This document shows, one piece after another, positions 40,601-51,700 of a stretch of DNA of 64,000 bases. The position numbers were made by a program, and so were the translations under genes. Within the stretch, counting starts at the first letter, position 1. Every line of letters begins with the position of its first letter. The stretch lies in NCBI GenBank assembly GCA_047947115.1, contig CP170459.1, positions 4,768,001 to 4,832,000 of the forward strand. The letters run 5' to 3'. The notes below the pieces were generated by a model, which was not told where the DNA came from, ran no database searches, and saw only the letters and a list, made by a program, of their open reading frames with translations. The stretch comes from Verrucomicrobiota bacterium (GTDB lineage: Bacteria; Verrucomicrobiota; Verrucomicrobiia; Limisphaerales; AAA164-E04).

Positions 40601-40806
40601 GAAGAAATTTGCAAACGCATGAACTGATATTGAGTGTCAATGAGAGATATCTCGGAAAAAACATCGTGTTGGAGCAATCCGTCGATGTGAATGGTAACTG
40701 GAATCCTATTGTTGGGCCGTTGGTATACCCATCACTAGAATTTTTTGATATCAAGCCTGCATCAGAAAGCGCTTACTTCCGTGTCAGGACCATTTCGGAA
40801 AACTGA
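37666..40806 (+). CDS. Secreted protein with three Ig-like domains and a C-terminal propeller-like (HAF-like) region
   Basis: Signal peptide; three P.I..HP.SQ...W..DG...G.YW...N Ig units; ARDISQDGNIVVG; ends LEQSVDV..NW...YFRVR. Confidence 0.85.
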   Translation: MTRFSSLRINIATFVTGLVLFQCQPAQSQEAYITPWFQFSMASGWSKIDQGEQPPEFPSIFSPSYSGYQANVKITFGGPVAETLTDLARIKKANFDDLLPGHTVLANRFFNTEQGFAANEYYLDFQGNRFRYIDVLVPYDGSNFLGSFRASMPSTDSSQITDQEVLQMLNSVRPIIDGPKITTHPQSQTVGDGETLVLSVAVNSEAEYTVDWYRNGIPMGRTGNTLQITNFRQTNSGDYWAIAKNFAGEVRSNTATVTWEAVGNPPEFTIQPISQQIQEGQSVTLTVEVSSAEVYETIWYKDEIPLGTTGTSLNITSVSKNDEGEYWAVASNPYGQARSAIARVDILDVPLAPIFIAHPESQIITTGQSVSLSVEVDSDDPYTLQWFKDGNSVQSVDGILRINDAQLGDSGSYWAIASNIAGSIKSNLAVVSVIPDANHSKIFYADEFSFSILPTWQEVQTGGFYNSLIGPLSAKGGPMLSLVPDFTSGEGQSLKASKELFIESKFPTSIVIDEGNLGEGFLYSLISSHGLNYLISSVELQHQEGDKYLHGYCYIPDITVFGQILNDISVMLNGIVTNFNQERVSFKKIFYPNQDEFLEGHRTVITWLGDGGIFGGTFKKDRDSSDEFFISDGETFIHIPTFTSIEKDGAALGVGHSRDGVDDRVLYVSPSMDLAYGNVTLEVDGFSYGPVSWKWTPSEGMKKLFPTDQHSFKRVGTYNLFWEPKLFGFSSDGLFAFGQHHNPLFIDDSGLPIGLENPREFDRTGYKGEAISYNVSTGAITYLDDFPEGITSSGARDISQDGNIVVGTGRSPLNSAAIWEPLLGISHIPSPSPSVYPNWAVAVSWDGIQILWEGKVADGHTGYIYNRAELSHTWTGLYGVYDMDDSANVVIGKMTRPSEVFRDGAIWTTYAGANWLKSIINSELQKIPEVYGVSPDGTYIYGHDSGDSYIAHDPSARWVPSNWGGSPHQSVISHGLELRRNLQTHELILSVNERYLGKNIVLEQSVDVNGNWNPIVGPLVYPSLEFFDIKPASESAYFRVRTISEN

Positions 40807-40820
40807 AACACTGATAGATC

Positions 40821-41276
40821 ATGAATGTTAAGACAAAGGTAACAACTTGTGCTGTGGCATTGAGTGTCAGCCTTTCGGTATACCTTTTTGTGTTACATCC
40901 TCTCAAAAAAGAGGGCGAAACCCCCAAAACGCCATCCGACTACCTTGCGGGGAAACGCAACAATGGTTTCATCGGTCGGGATATAAGTTTTGTTTACGGG
41001 AATAAATCCTCATCAAATTTACACGTTCACGGTTCTGTGGACCTCATACGTCGTGATTTTCCCAAGATAGGACCTTTCAAGATTAACATGTCACGGACTG
41101 TTGTGCTTGAAGGGGTTGACTTGCACGTCAACAAAAATACTGAACCTCCTGAGGAATTGCTCAAAAAGCATTTAAGACAGCTTGTCCCAAATCTTAATGG
41201 CCCAAAGCTTTTAATCAAAGAGCTGACCATAACAGATACAGAAGGAAAAAAGACCTATGAAACATTTGAACCTTAG
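40821..41276 (+). CDS. Hypothetical membrane-anchored protein
   Basis: 151 aa with one N-terminal hydrophobic segment; overlaps the next gene. Confidence 0.65.
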   Translation: MNVKTKVTTCAVALSVSLSVYLFVLHPLKKEGETPKTPSDYLAGKRNNGFIGRDISFVYGNKSSSNLHVHGSVDLIRRDFPKIGPFKINMSRTVVLEGVDLHVNKNTEPPEELLKKHLRQLVPNLNGPKLLIKELTITDTEGKKTYETFEP

Positions 41277-42618
41277 TGGCTATTTCATCAAGAATCCGGT
41301 GGCCCCCTTAATTTTGGTCTTATTCTTCAAAATCAACATGGAGGTGATTCATGGTCAAGCCCCTTCAGAATTAGTGGATGAGGGAAGAAGAGTGTTGGGT
41401 GAAGCCGATTACAGAGCTGCTCATTCTTTGTTTTCAGTTGCATTGAATCAAGAACCAAGTAACGACACAGCTCGGTTGTTTTTGGCGGCAACTACAATTA
41501 TTAAAACCATAGATAAGCCTCTTGTTCAAAGCACTCTGGATGCCTTTAGATTTCATTCTTTTGGAAGAAATCCCCTCAATTGGAATTCTGATTTCCCTCA
41601 AGATGAGAAAGGATGGCCGGTCATGCCATTAGGGTGGGACGTTCAATCAGTCGTTGATCTTCTCTGCACAGAACTTGCGGAAAGTATAGATGAGGCACTT
41701 CAAATCATGGAGGGCCTTTCAAACAGAGACTTAATTATCCTACTGCAACAACAAGAAACCGGGGCGGGTGTGATTCTGGTGGATTGGGGTGATGTGGCAT
41801 TGATACGCTCCGGCTTGCACCTTATCAGAAGTGGTCTGTATAGCCTCTCAAATTTCGATTTCAGGTTGGCTCTGTCTGAGATAATCGTCATGCGCGAGGA
41901 CCCATTATTGAATGTTGAAGACGCGTTAAAGCATTACCCCTCTATCTTGTCACTGTTACCTGAGACAGCACACAATGAAGCAAAATCCAGCATGACAAGA
42001 GCCATCACAGAATTTCAGGAGGCCTCAGCATTTATTAAAAGGAGAACCACTGGAGTTGAACGTTTGTTCACTGTCACAGCAGAGGACTTGCAAGTCTTGG
42101 AAGAGTGGGACCAAGCCGCGGAAGAACTATTAGCTTCCGTTCAAGGAGCCCCAGTAAACCCCTCTCTCATAGAGGAAGAAATCACCGTAAATATGAGCCA
42201 ATTCTACACGGATGCTTTTTCTCCAAGAGACTTTGTCCCAGAGTTCAAGAAGAACAGCATTCTTCGCAACACCTTCCCAGATGTTACTTTTGGTGGAACA
42301 TTGGGTGGCGTTGATCAGGACTTTTTGAATGACACATTCGGAGAATTTGTAATTGACTCACCGATCACACCGCCCTCAGTCGGTTCTTCATACACAGACA
42401 TTGATGTAATCACCCGCGTTGGAAGGGACTTCATCATCTTAGGCTGGAATAATGACCCGAATGCTAGGTACGAAGTCTACAGGACAACAAATCTAAAAGC
42501 CGCTAACTGGGAGAAGGTGGCTGACCTGCCGCAACTTAGTGATTCCAGACGTAGTTACTCATTGCCAATAGTTAGCAGTTTTGACAAGCAATTCGTATAC
42601 ATTAAAAAATTGGATTGA
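41257..42618 (+). CDS. Secreted helical (TPR-like N-terminus) protein with C-terminal beta domain
   Basis: EGRRVLGEADYRAAHSLFSVALNQEPSNDTARLF is TPR-like; the C-terminus reads W....YEVYRTTNL....W. Confidence 0.7.
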   Translation: MKHLNLSGYFIKNPVAPLILVLFFKINMEVIHGQAPSELVDEGRRVLGEADYRAAHSLFSVALNQEPSNDTARLFLAATTIIKTIDKPLVQSTLDAFRFHSFGRNPLNWNSDFPQDEKGWPVMPLGWDVQSVVDLLCTELAESIDEALQIMEGLSNRDLIILLQQQETGAGVILVDWGDVALIRSGLHLIRSGLYSLSNFDFRLALSEIIVMREDPLLNVEDALKHYPSILSLLPETAHNEAKSSMTRAITEFQEASAFIKRRTTGVERLFTVTAEDLQVLEEWDQAAEELLASVQGAPVNPSLIEEEITVNMSQFYTDAFSPRDFVPEFKKNSILRNTFPDVTFGGTLGGVDQDFLNDTFGEFVIDSPITPPSVGSSYTDIDVITRVGRDFIILGWNNDPNARYEVYRTTNLKAANWEKVADLPQLSDSRRSYSLPIVSSFDKQFVYIKKLD

Positions 42619-42801
42619 CCCGAATTGTGAACTGTTTGGTAGTAAATTGAAATGCATGGGGGCCTGAGCTCCTCAAATTGATAGAGCCGATATTTAATAT
42701 AGGAATCGATCAAAAGGCTTTAGATTTATGGTAGATAAATCGACTTACTTTTGTTTTAGGTAATATACTTATATTTTATGTAAGAATTAATCAGATATAG
42801 A

Positions 42802-45800
42802 ATGTTGATTATGGTTAGGAACAGATTTTTTATTACGATTTTATTGACCGGCATAGTGACGATTGTCAGTGCTAGTCTTGATTTAATAGCTCAGCCTGAA
42901 TGGGTAAATGATGGGCTTGTTGCGTATTACCCTTTAGATGGAGATACCGCCGATCACAGTGGAAACGGTAATGATGCTGTATTAAAAGGCAATGCCACCT
43001 TCGAAGAAAATGGTGGATTACTGTTCGATGAAGTGGGTGATCGGTTAGGCCTACCTTTTGCTGTCAACCAAAATGAAATATCCTTCTCACTTTTCTACAC
43101 TCCTAGATTTTATTTTGAAGGATCAGAGCAATGGATGTCATTATTAGCGAGGGATGGAGGAGCTGTTCATCATTTACTATTTGATCGTAACTTAATGACC
43201 TACGGAGTTTGGAATGCCCAATTGGCGTCCTCTGCGCAGCGTGGTGATTCTTATTATCCTGCCGGCGATTTTGAATGGGGATCTAAGATGCACTTTATCG
43301 TATCGATAAATGGTGACTACACTTTGTATCAAAACGGTCAAATGTTATTGAATATTCCCAATTACACAAGTAACGAAGAGTTCCCTGTTCAGCATATTTC
43401 TGGAATACTTGCTGATCGTCAGATAGCTCAGGGTTCGATTGATGAAGTTCGGATTTACAACAGAGCCCTTACTGGAAACGAGGCAGAGCAGCTTTATGTC
43501 CATGAGCAAACAGCAGCTAGTATTCCTCAACCTATTTTAGGCCTGTATTTGAACTCCACAAAACCGGCGGACTTCTCGAGTATAGGGGATATTTCTTATC
43601 ATGACATCTCTTACACCAATGATGCCGGAGGTGAATCAAAATCTGCCGCTCTGTTTGATGGGGAAAAGTCATACATAGAAATACAGAATGCTAATTGGGG
43701 AAACAGACTCAATTTTACTACCAGTTTTTGGATTAATCTCCCATCTATCGTGGGAGGTGATCACATGATTGTAGGTAATTATCCACGCGCCTCAGCGAAT
43801 GGATGGGGTGTTTATTTCTTTGGGGGTAAATTAAAATCATGGTACTTTGGTCGATCAGGTAATGTTTACCAAGGTGGCATCGACAATGTAGTCACTAGCT
43901 TGAGCCCAAACAAGTGGTATCAAGTTGCATCTGTGTATAGTGAAGAAGGTAACAGCGTTTACATAAACGGAGACCTTGCGAAGCATTTCCCGTGGTCGGG
44001 AGAGGCTAGTACCTCGTCAAGTGTACAAAATATCTGGATCGGGAAAAATGATTACGCTGAAGGCGGTGGAATCATGCACGCGAACATGGAACTAGACAAT
44101 CTGTTTCTTTACGATTCAGCCCTTACAGGGAATCAGATACAAAAACTGTACAATATACAAAGCAAATTATTCGAAGACAAATTAAAGAAAAGTCAACCAG
44201 CGATCCTGAAGAACAGCGTCATAGGCACATATCCATTTAATGGAACTCTTGAAGCAGTTGATCCAAGCACCACCCCTTTCGAGAGAATTCTCGGCAATAC
44301 TGAAGACTTCATGGAAGTGAATCAGGACACCGTTCTTAATTTGCGGAATGGGAATCAATTTCATTTGGATATTGAAAGCGACCAGATCGCTGACACTGGG
44401 CTTGGGTTAAATTTTGATTTACGCTTACTCGGTAATCCAAATGGGAATTACCTGAAAATCACTTCAAAGAGCTTGGAACCGCAAACCATCTCACTTGGCC
44501 TGATACGCTCAAGGCGTAGTGACAAAATCACTCTTACATTGGAGGATGAGTTATTCTTCGAACATGCCACACCTCTCAGGGATTGGTTTAATTTGTGCCT
44601 GCGTCTAAGTCCAACCTCTTTTGAGATCCTATTGGATGGGGAACATTTGTTCTTCGGGGATTTACCCGCGACATTCAAAACTGGTGAAGGCTTAAACCTA
44701 TCACTGACAGATTCATTGTCATCCAGCACAAGTGGTTTGCTCATCGAAAACTTCACTCTCTTTAACAATACCGAGGCGCCCTTGTATACAATTTACTCCG
44801 GTTTAAAACTCACAGAGGCAGACTACGGGGATGAGAATCACCATATGTTCAGATGCCTCTATCCTGAGTATTTTGAATGGGAAAAACCCCCGAGAAGTAT
44901 TGGAGCGGAAGGCAAAGTGTACGAATTCGTTACTTTGGGCAGGTCGATTAGCTGGAATGAAGCGCAACTAATAGCTCAGTCAATTTCTGATGCTGGGCAT
45001 CCATGCCATCTTGCCACTATCGACAACGAGTTTGAATCGATTCTGGTTACGAAGATATTAGATCACATTGAGGAAAACAAAGGAAGTTTAGGGCAAGGCC
45101 TATCTATTGAATTGCCGAGCGAAATCTGGATCGGGGCATATGAGGCCGACAAACTAAATGAACCCACAGGGTTATGGGAATGGGTAAACGATGAAGGCCC
45201 GGTGCGCACATCATCTAGCCAAGGCTTTTCAAATTGGAATGGGGGCGAACCGAACAATACGACCGTTAATAGAAATTTTATGACCATGTATTCTCGTCGC
45301 AACACCATAGCCAATGCGGGCAAATGGAATGATGCTGATGGGGAATACACAAATACCTTTTTGTTGGAATACAAGCCAAACCAGACACTGGAAGCTTCTT
45401 ATGTCATGGACATAAGCCCGGATGCTTTCTCCAATTTGGATTCAGACAGTGACGGTTTGACCGACAATGAAGAAGCTGCGTTGGGAACTGATGCTTTTAG
45501 CGATGACACAGATCAGGATTCACTTTTGGATCTGGATGAGGTAAATCTGGGTACTAATCCTCTTATTGAAGACACAGACGGGGATGGGTTATCCGATGGC
45601 TTTGAGGCTGGGGCAGTTAGATATGAATACATTACTGGGCCGTATTCTTGGCTTGATGCATTTGAATTAGCTGAAAGCAGAAATCTTCACCTAGCCACAA
45701 TTACCTCAGATAGAGAACAAAGCTTGATTATTTCAAATTTCAAGGATGCTGTTTTACATGCCCAAAATACTATTTCTCCAGATGCTGGTTACGTATGGCT

Positions 45801-48600
45801 GGGCGGCACGGACATATTCTCCGAGGGGAGATGGGAATGGGTCACCGGGGAACCTTTTGAATATTTTAACTGGTTTTCCGGTGAGCCCAACAATGCTGTT
45901 TTCGGTGAGGAATATATTCTAATGTATGCAGGAAGTGGCGACGAATGGAAATGGAACGATTATAAGAATAGCCCTAATGACTACCCCGATTTCTCCGATC
46001 AATTTGTATTTGGAGTTTTACTTGAAGACCATTATCCGAGCGATCCGCTAAAGGCTGACACAGACAGCGATGGTTTTTCAGATCTAGAGGAGCGTGAAAA
46101 CAACACAAACCCAAACACACCTACTTTCGAGCTTCAAGCTCTGCCTCAAACTGGAGGTTCAGTTTCGCAGGACATAAGCTCAAACTTTTACGAGCTGAAC
46201 TCTCAAGCGGTGGTAAGTGCAATACCAGATGTTGGATACGCATTTGACAGATGGAGCGGTTCGTTAGATTCCTTCGAGAATCCGTTGATCATCACGGTGT
46301 CTGAACCGCTGGTATTAATTCCAATCTTCAAAGAAGCCATCCCGCCAACAATTGATTCAACTCCACACATCGGATCTCTTATTGAAGGCCAATCACAAAC
46401 ATTCCAGATTTCATATTCCGGGACAGCCCCATTCACATTCCAATGGTTCAAAGATGGAGTGGAAATTGATAACACAACTACTACATTGTCTCTTTCAAAT
46501 GTCACATCTCTGGATGCTGGAGTGTATACAATCAACGTCACCAATGAATATGGTACAGCCACTCTTGATGCCGTTACATTGAGTGTTATTTCCCCAATAC
46601 GTATTCTATCCCAATCTGAAACCGGCAACATCACAGAAGGTCAAGCACTCAACCTTGTGTTTGAGTACTCCGGAACAGAACCTGCATCTATTCAATGGTT
46701 TAAAGATGGAGTTCTCTTGGATGATTTTGATTCAAATGTTCTGTTCAAGGAGGGCGCAGCAATATCTGATTCTGGCGTCTACGCCTTCACCGTTTCGAAT
46801 GAACTTGGGACTGTTGAATCAAATCCGATTGCTGTGACAGTCAGTGAGTATTTTGAGCCACCTATTGTTACCCAGTTCATGGTCAGTCCAAATCCTGCAT
46901 TGGTAGGATCAAGCTTGGCGTTAACAACAGCCGCAAGTGGAGATCGTCCCTTCACCTTTAGTTGGTATCGGGATGATGTTCTTCTTGGAACTTCGGATTT
47001 ACCCATATATTCCATCGAATCAGTAACCGAATCAGCTTCTGGGAATTATTCAGTCATCGTTTCCAACAGAGCTGATCAGGATAAATCCTCTCCAATAACT
47101 GTATCGGTGGTGGAACCAATTTCAATCACGGAACAACCGCAGGATACTTTAATCATGGAAAATACACCTTTGGAGCTTTCTGTAACCGCATCTGGGGGAG
47201 GTCAAATCACATATACATGGTACCGAGACAATAAGAAGATTGATGGTGCAACCTCTTCAACTTACAGAGTTCCAAGTTCCACGTTTGCAGATACCGGCGA
47301 TTATCACGTGGTTGTCAGCGATGGAGCATCAACGGTCAAGTCAGCGATAGCAAGTGTGTTGGTGACACCATTTATTGAACCGCCAAGTATCCTTATCCAA
47401 CCAAAAAGCAAAAAAGTAAATCTTGGAGATCCTTCTTCCATGGTGCTGTCAGCGACCGGGGCAGAACCACTGAAATATCAATGGTATTTGAATGGAAACC
47501 CTATAACTGGTGCTATCAAAAATTTCACACTGTTTGATTCAGTCACAGCGGCGGATGCTGGAACATATACCGTGACGGTAACGAATGATGCTGGTTCTGT
47601 TACAAGTGTTCCGGCAACATTGAGCCTGATATTGCCTCTGGGAATCGTTACTCAATCCGGTGATGTTTCCATCATTCAAGGCGATAGCTTCATTTTGGAG
47701 GTTGAGGTCAATTCACCAGAAGACGTTCAGGAATCATACTGGGCAAAGGATGGTTCCAGATTGCCAGATTCAGCAGGTTTTACATATGAGGTGGTTGGGG
47801 CAAGCCTTGAAAATACTGGTTCATATACATTTCATGCAACAGATGGCAATGATTGGATTGTATCTGATCCTATGACGGTGCAAGTAAACCAGCCTCCCGT
47901 GTTTATCACCATACCAGAGGATATAACGGCATCATCTGGTCAAAACGTGATGCTTCAATGGGTGGCGGATGGAACAGGGACTCTGAAATATGATTTGTTG
48001 TTGAATAATGAGGTGTTGGATTCCAACGACACAGGCACATTCAGGGTGAAGGTTCCAGAATTGGGTGGAGATTACGAATTTGTCGCCAAAGTTTCCAGTT
48101 CATATGGATCATCCACATCAACTCCGGTGATCGTTTCTGTCCAAGCCTCCAGTCCCATCATCATAGATCAATCCACGAGCATAACCATGGTTCAAAGAGA
48201 CCCATTGGAACTAAATATCAAGGCTATTGGAGGTGGTTTGGCCTATCAGTGGTATAAGGGTGCCGCGAAGATTCCTGATGCAAACAGTCCTGTATTTATT
48301 ATTAATGAAACGGGGGAAGGAGATGCCGGGACTTATTTTGTGGTGGTTTCCAACAGTAAAGGGATTGTGACCAGCAATCCTATGAGGATTTCCTTTGGTG
48401 TGAACGTTTCAGTGCAGGCTGATGGTGCTAATATAATTCTAAAAATGAATCCCGGCGACAAAGTTGCCAGTTGGAAGCTGCAAAAGTCCTATGATCTGTT
48501 GTTCTGGGAGGATGATCAGAATCTTGAAGATGTTGATTTGGGTCAATTGATTCGGCCAATTGAGGAGGAAATGCTGTTTTACAGGGTTGTGGAGCGGTGA
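42802..48600 (+). CDS. Large surface protein: LamG-like domains, two C-type lectin domains, Ca-binding DxDxDG repeats, Ig stalk
   Basis: GLVAYYPLDG and IDEVRIYNRALT (LamG); W..GEPNN...WND twice; DSDSDGLTDNEE repeats; a series of I-set-like Ig units. Confidence 0.9.
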   Translation: MLIMVRNRFFITILLTGIVTIVSASLDLIAQPEWVNDGLVAYYPLDGDTADHSGNGNDAVLKGNATFEENGGLLFDEVGDRLGLPFAVNQNEISFSLFYTPRFYFEGSEQWMSLLARDGGAVHHLLFDRNLMTYGVWNAQLASSAQRGDSYYPAGDFEWGSKMHFIVSINGDYTLYQNGQMLLNIPNYTSNEEFPVQHISGILADRQIAQGSIDEVRIYNRALTGNEAEQLYVHEQTAASIPQPILGLYLNSTKPADFSSIGDISYHDISYTNDAGGESKSAALFDGEKSYIEIQNANWGNRLNFTTSFWINLPSIVGGDHMIVGNYPRASANGWGVYFFGGKLKSWYFGRSGNVYQGGIDNVVTSLSPNKWYQVASVYSEEGNSVYINGDLAKHFPWSGEASTSSSVQNIWIGKNDYAEGGGIMHANMELDNLFLYDSALTGNQIQKLYNIQSKLFEDKLKKSQPAILKNSVIGTYPFNGTLEAVDPSTTPFERILGNTEDFMEVNQDTVLNLRNGNQFHLDIESDQIADTGLGLNFDLRLLGNPNGNYLKITSKSLEPQTISLGLIRSRRSDKITLTLEDELFFEHATPLRDWFNLCLRLSPTSFEILLDGEHLFFGDLPATFKTGEGLNLSLTDSLSSSTSGLLIENFTLFNNTEAPLYTIYSGLKLTEADYGDENHHMFRCLYPEYFEWEKPPRSIGAEGKVYEFVTLGRSISWNEAQLIAQSISDAGHPCHLATIDNEFESILVTKILDHIEENKGSLGQGLSIELPSEIWIGAYEADKLNEPTGLWEWVNDEGPVRTSSSQGFSNWNGGEPNNTTVNRNFMTMYSRRNTIANAGKWNDADGEYTNTFLLEYKPNQTLEASYVMDISPDAFSNLDSDSDGLTDNEEAALGTDAFSDDTDQDSLLDLDEVNLGTNPLIEDTDGDGLSDGFEAGAVRYEYITGPYSWLDAFELAESRNLHLATITSDREQSLIISNFKDAVLHAQNTISPDAGYVWLGGTDIFSEGRWEWVTGEPFEYFNWFSGEPNNAVFGEEYILMYAGSGDEWKWNDYKNSPNDYPDFSDQFVFGVLLEDHYPSDPLKADTDSDGFSDLEERENNTNPNTPTFELQALPQTGGSVSQDISSNFYELNSQAVVSAIPDVGYAFDRWSGSLDSFENPLIITVSEPLVLIPIFKEAIPPTIDSTPHIGSLIEGQSQTFQISYSGTAPFTFQWFKDGVEIDNTTTTLSLSNVTSLDAGVYTINVTNEYGTATLDAVTLSVISPIRILSQSETGNITEGQALNLVFEYSGTEPASIQWFKDGVLLDDFDSNVLFKEGAAISDSGVYAFTVSNELGTVESNPIAVTVSEYFEPPIVTQFMVSPNPALVGSSLALTTAASGDRPFTFSWYRDDVLLGTSDLPIYSIESVTESASGNYSVIVSNRADQDKSSPITVSVVEPISITEQPQDTLIMENTPLELSVTASGGGQITYTWYRDNKKIDGATSSTYRVPSSTFADTGDYHVVVSDGASTVKSAIASVLVTPFIEPPSILIQPKSKKVNLGDPSSMVLSATGAEPLKYQWYLNGNPITGAIKNFTLFDSVTAADAGTYTVTVTNDAGSVTSVPATLSLILPLGIVTQSGDVSIIQGDSFILEVEVNSPEDVQESYWAKDGSRLPDSAGFTYEVVGASLENTGSYTFHATDGNDWIVSDPMTVQVNQPPVFITIPEDITASSGQNVMLQWVADGTGTLKYDLLLNNEVLDSNDTGTFRVKVPELGGDYEFVAKVSSSYGSSTSTPVIVSVQASSPIIIDQSTSITMVQRDPLELNIKAIGGGLAYQWYKGAAKIPDANSPVFIINETGEGDAGTYFVVVSNSKGIVTSNPMRISFGVNVSVQADGANIILKMNPGDKVASWKLQKSYDLLFWEDDQNLEDVDLGQLIRPIEEEMLFYRVVER
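46321..48600 (+). repeat. 2,280-bp C-terminal cassette duplicated at 50014-52293; last 635 bp also at 53631-54265
   Basis: Colinear, with constant offsets of 3693 and 5665, and long identical stretches. Confidence 0.97.
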
Positions 48601-48786
48601 TGGGATGATAACTGAATGAATTGTGAAGTAACCAAGAATTGAAAATCAGAAGATGCATCAATGTTGCCGTTCAAGAGTTAGACATTCCCAACGATCTACA
48701 ATGGTGGATGTGGAAACAACTTGCAATTTTTGGAAAGATTCTTCATTTGCGATCGGTAACTTTTAGGTAGATAGCGATTATAGAAT

Positions 48787-51700
48787 ATGAAAAAAATATT
48801 TAGATTATTTTTGGGAAGCTTTCTCGGTTTTGTCTTAACTCAACATGCTCAACCAAGTTGGATTGATGATGGCTTGGTCATTTATTTCCCCTTTGATAAA
48901 AACGTTGAAGAAATGATCACCGGAGAATTGGCTGATTACACATCTGTCAAATTCGCAGCCGATGTTTTAGGTGTCACCAATAATGCAATCTTCTTTAATG
49001 GTGATGAAGACAACATTTTGCAGTTTGAAAGTGATAAATTGCCTCAAGGTAATGAGCCTAGGACAGTAACCTTATGGATTCTTCCTGCCCCGCTTTCCAG
49101 AGAGAAAGTTTACGACTTGGCCAACAAAGGCGAGGGATGGTCCGATAAGTGGTATAGTGCAACAATCTTAGACTACGGAGCGATTAGTTCATCCCGTTCG
49201 TATTTTAAACTAAGTCACACCTACGAACAATACGAAGCACTAGGAGTGACGGAAGACATCACCCTTAGAATGGAAACGAACAGTGCATCTTCAGGTTACA
49301 GGATAAATGATTGGGATAGCCGACGTTGGTATCAGTTATCGTGGGTTTACCAAAATGGTGTTTCCAGTTTGTATTTAAATGGAAAGGAGAAGGTTACAGT
49401 TACAGATGTATTTGACAACAGACAGAATTTTTATCTAAACACAAGAGGTCGCATGTTGTCCATCGGTGGAAGTGGTTTTACTTCCTCTAACAAATTTTTT
49501 GGAGCTATGGATGATATTAGATTCTATGATCGCGCACTTTCAGCTTCCGAAATATCTGAGCTTTATACGTACGAATCCCATGACGCGGATGGAGACGGAC
49601 TTAACTTTTACGAAGAAGAAGCTTTGGGAACAAGTGATATCAAGGCAGACTCAGATGACGATGGATTAAATGATGGTGATGAAATCTCAGCAAAAACTAA
49701 TCCTTTGGACCCCGATTCAGATAATGATTCAGTGCCAGATGGTCCAGAGGTAAAATTGGGATTTGATCCTCTCTTAGCTAAAAGCAAGCCCTTAATCATA
49801 AGATTTCAAGGAACGTGGATAGGCGGTAATGTCAACGTTCTGGGTGAGGGTCTCCATATTGAGCCAATTGTAGCATACCGGGGCGGGAGTAATCACACCA
49901 TTAGAATCAAAGCTGAACCAGCAGAAGGATACATTTTTGACCGGTGGAGCGGCAGCATTGACTCCAATAATCCCAATCTTAGGTTCGATGTCACCGAAGA
50001 TATGGTTCTCATGCCAATCTTCAAAGAAGCCATCCCGCCAACAATTGATTCAACTCCACACATCGGATCTCTTATTGAAGGCCAATCACAAACATTCCAG
50101 ATTTCATATTCCGGGACAGCCCCATTCACATTCCAATGGTTCAAAGATGGAGTGGAAATTGATAACACAACTACTACATTGTCTCTTTCAAATGTCACAT
50201 CTCTGGATGCTGGAGTGTATACAATCAACGTCACCAATGAATATGGTACAGCCACTCTTGATGCCGTTACATTGAGTGTTATTTCCCCAATACGCATTCT
50301 ATCCCAGTCCGGAATTGTCAACATCACAGAAGGTCAATCACTCAACCTTGTATTTGAATACTCAGGAACAGAACCTGCATTTATTCAATGGTTTAAAGAT
50401 GGAGTACTCTTGGATGATTTTGATTCAAATGTTCTTTCCAAGGAGAGCTCAGCAATATCTGATTCTGGCGTCTACGCCTTCACCGTTTCGAATGAACTTG
50501 GGACTGTTGAATCAAATCCGATTGCTGTGACAGTCAGTGAGTATTTTGAGCCACCTATTGTTACCCAGTTCATGGTCAGTCCAAATCCTGCATTGGTAGG
50601 ATCAAGCTTGGCGTTAACAACAGCCGCAAGTGGAGATCGTCCCTTCACCTTTAGTTGGTATCGGGATGATGTTCTTCTTGGAACTTCGGATTTACCCATA
50701 TATTCCATCGAATCAGTAACCGAATCAGCTTCTGGGAATTATTCAGTCATCGTTTCCAACAGAGCTGATCAGGATAAATCCTCTCCAATAACTGTATCGG
50801 TGGTGGAACCAATTTCAATCACGGAACAACCGCAGGATACTTTAATCATGGAAAATACACCTTTGGAGCTTTCTGTAACCGCATCTGGGGGAGGTCAAAT
50901 CACATATACATGGTACCGAGACAATAAGAAGATTGATGGTGCAACCTCTTCAACTTACAGAGTTCCAAGTTCCACGTTTGCAGATACCGGCGATTATCAC
51001 GTGGTTGTCAGCGATGGAGCATCAACGGTCAAGTCAGCGATAGCAAGTGTGTTGGTGACACCATTTATTGAACCGCCAAGTATCCTTATCCAACCAAAAA
51101 GCAAAAAAGTAAATCTTGGAGATCCTTCTTCCATGGTGGTGTCAGCGACCGGGGCAGAACCACTGAAATATCAATGGTATTTGAATGGAAACCCTATAAC
51201 TGGTGCTATCAAAAATTTCACACTGTTTGATTCAGTCACAGCGGCGGATGCTGGAACATATACCGTGACGGTAACGAATGATGCTGGTTCTGTTACAAGT
51301 GTTCCGGCAACATTGAGCCTGATATTGCCTTTACAAATTGTTGATCAGTCCGGTGACGTTTCCATCATTCAAGGCGATAGCTTCATTTTGGAGGTTGAGG
51401 TCAATTCACCAGAAGACGTTCAGGAATCATACTGGGCAAAGGATGGTTCCAGATTGCCAGATTCAGCAGGTTTTACATATGAGGTGGTTGGGGCAAGCCT
51501 TGAAAATACTGGTTCATATACATTTCATGCAACAGATGGCAATGATTGGATTGTATCTGATCCTATGATGGTGCAAGTAAACCAGCCTCCCGTGTTCACC
51601 ACGGTTCCTGAGGATATCACTGCCTCTTCAGGACAAACTTTGATGCTTCAATGGGTGGCGGATGGAACAGGGACTCTGAAATATGATTTGTTGTTGAAGA

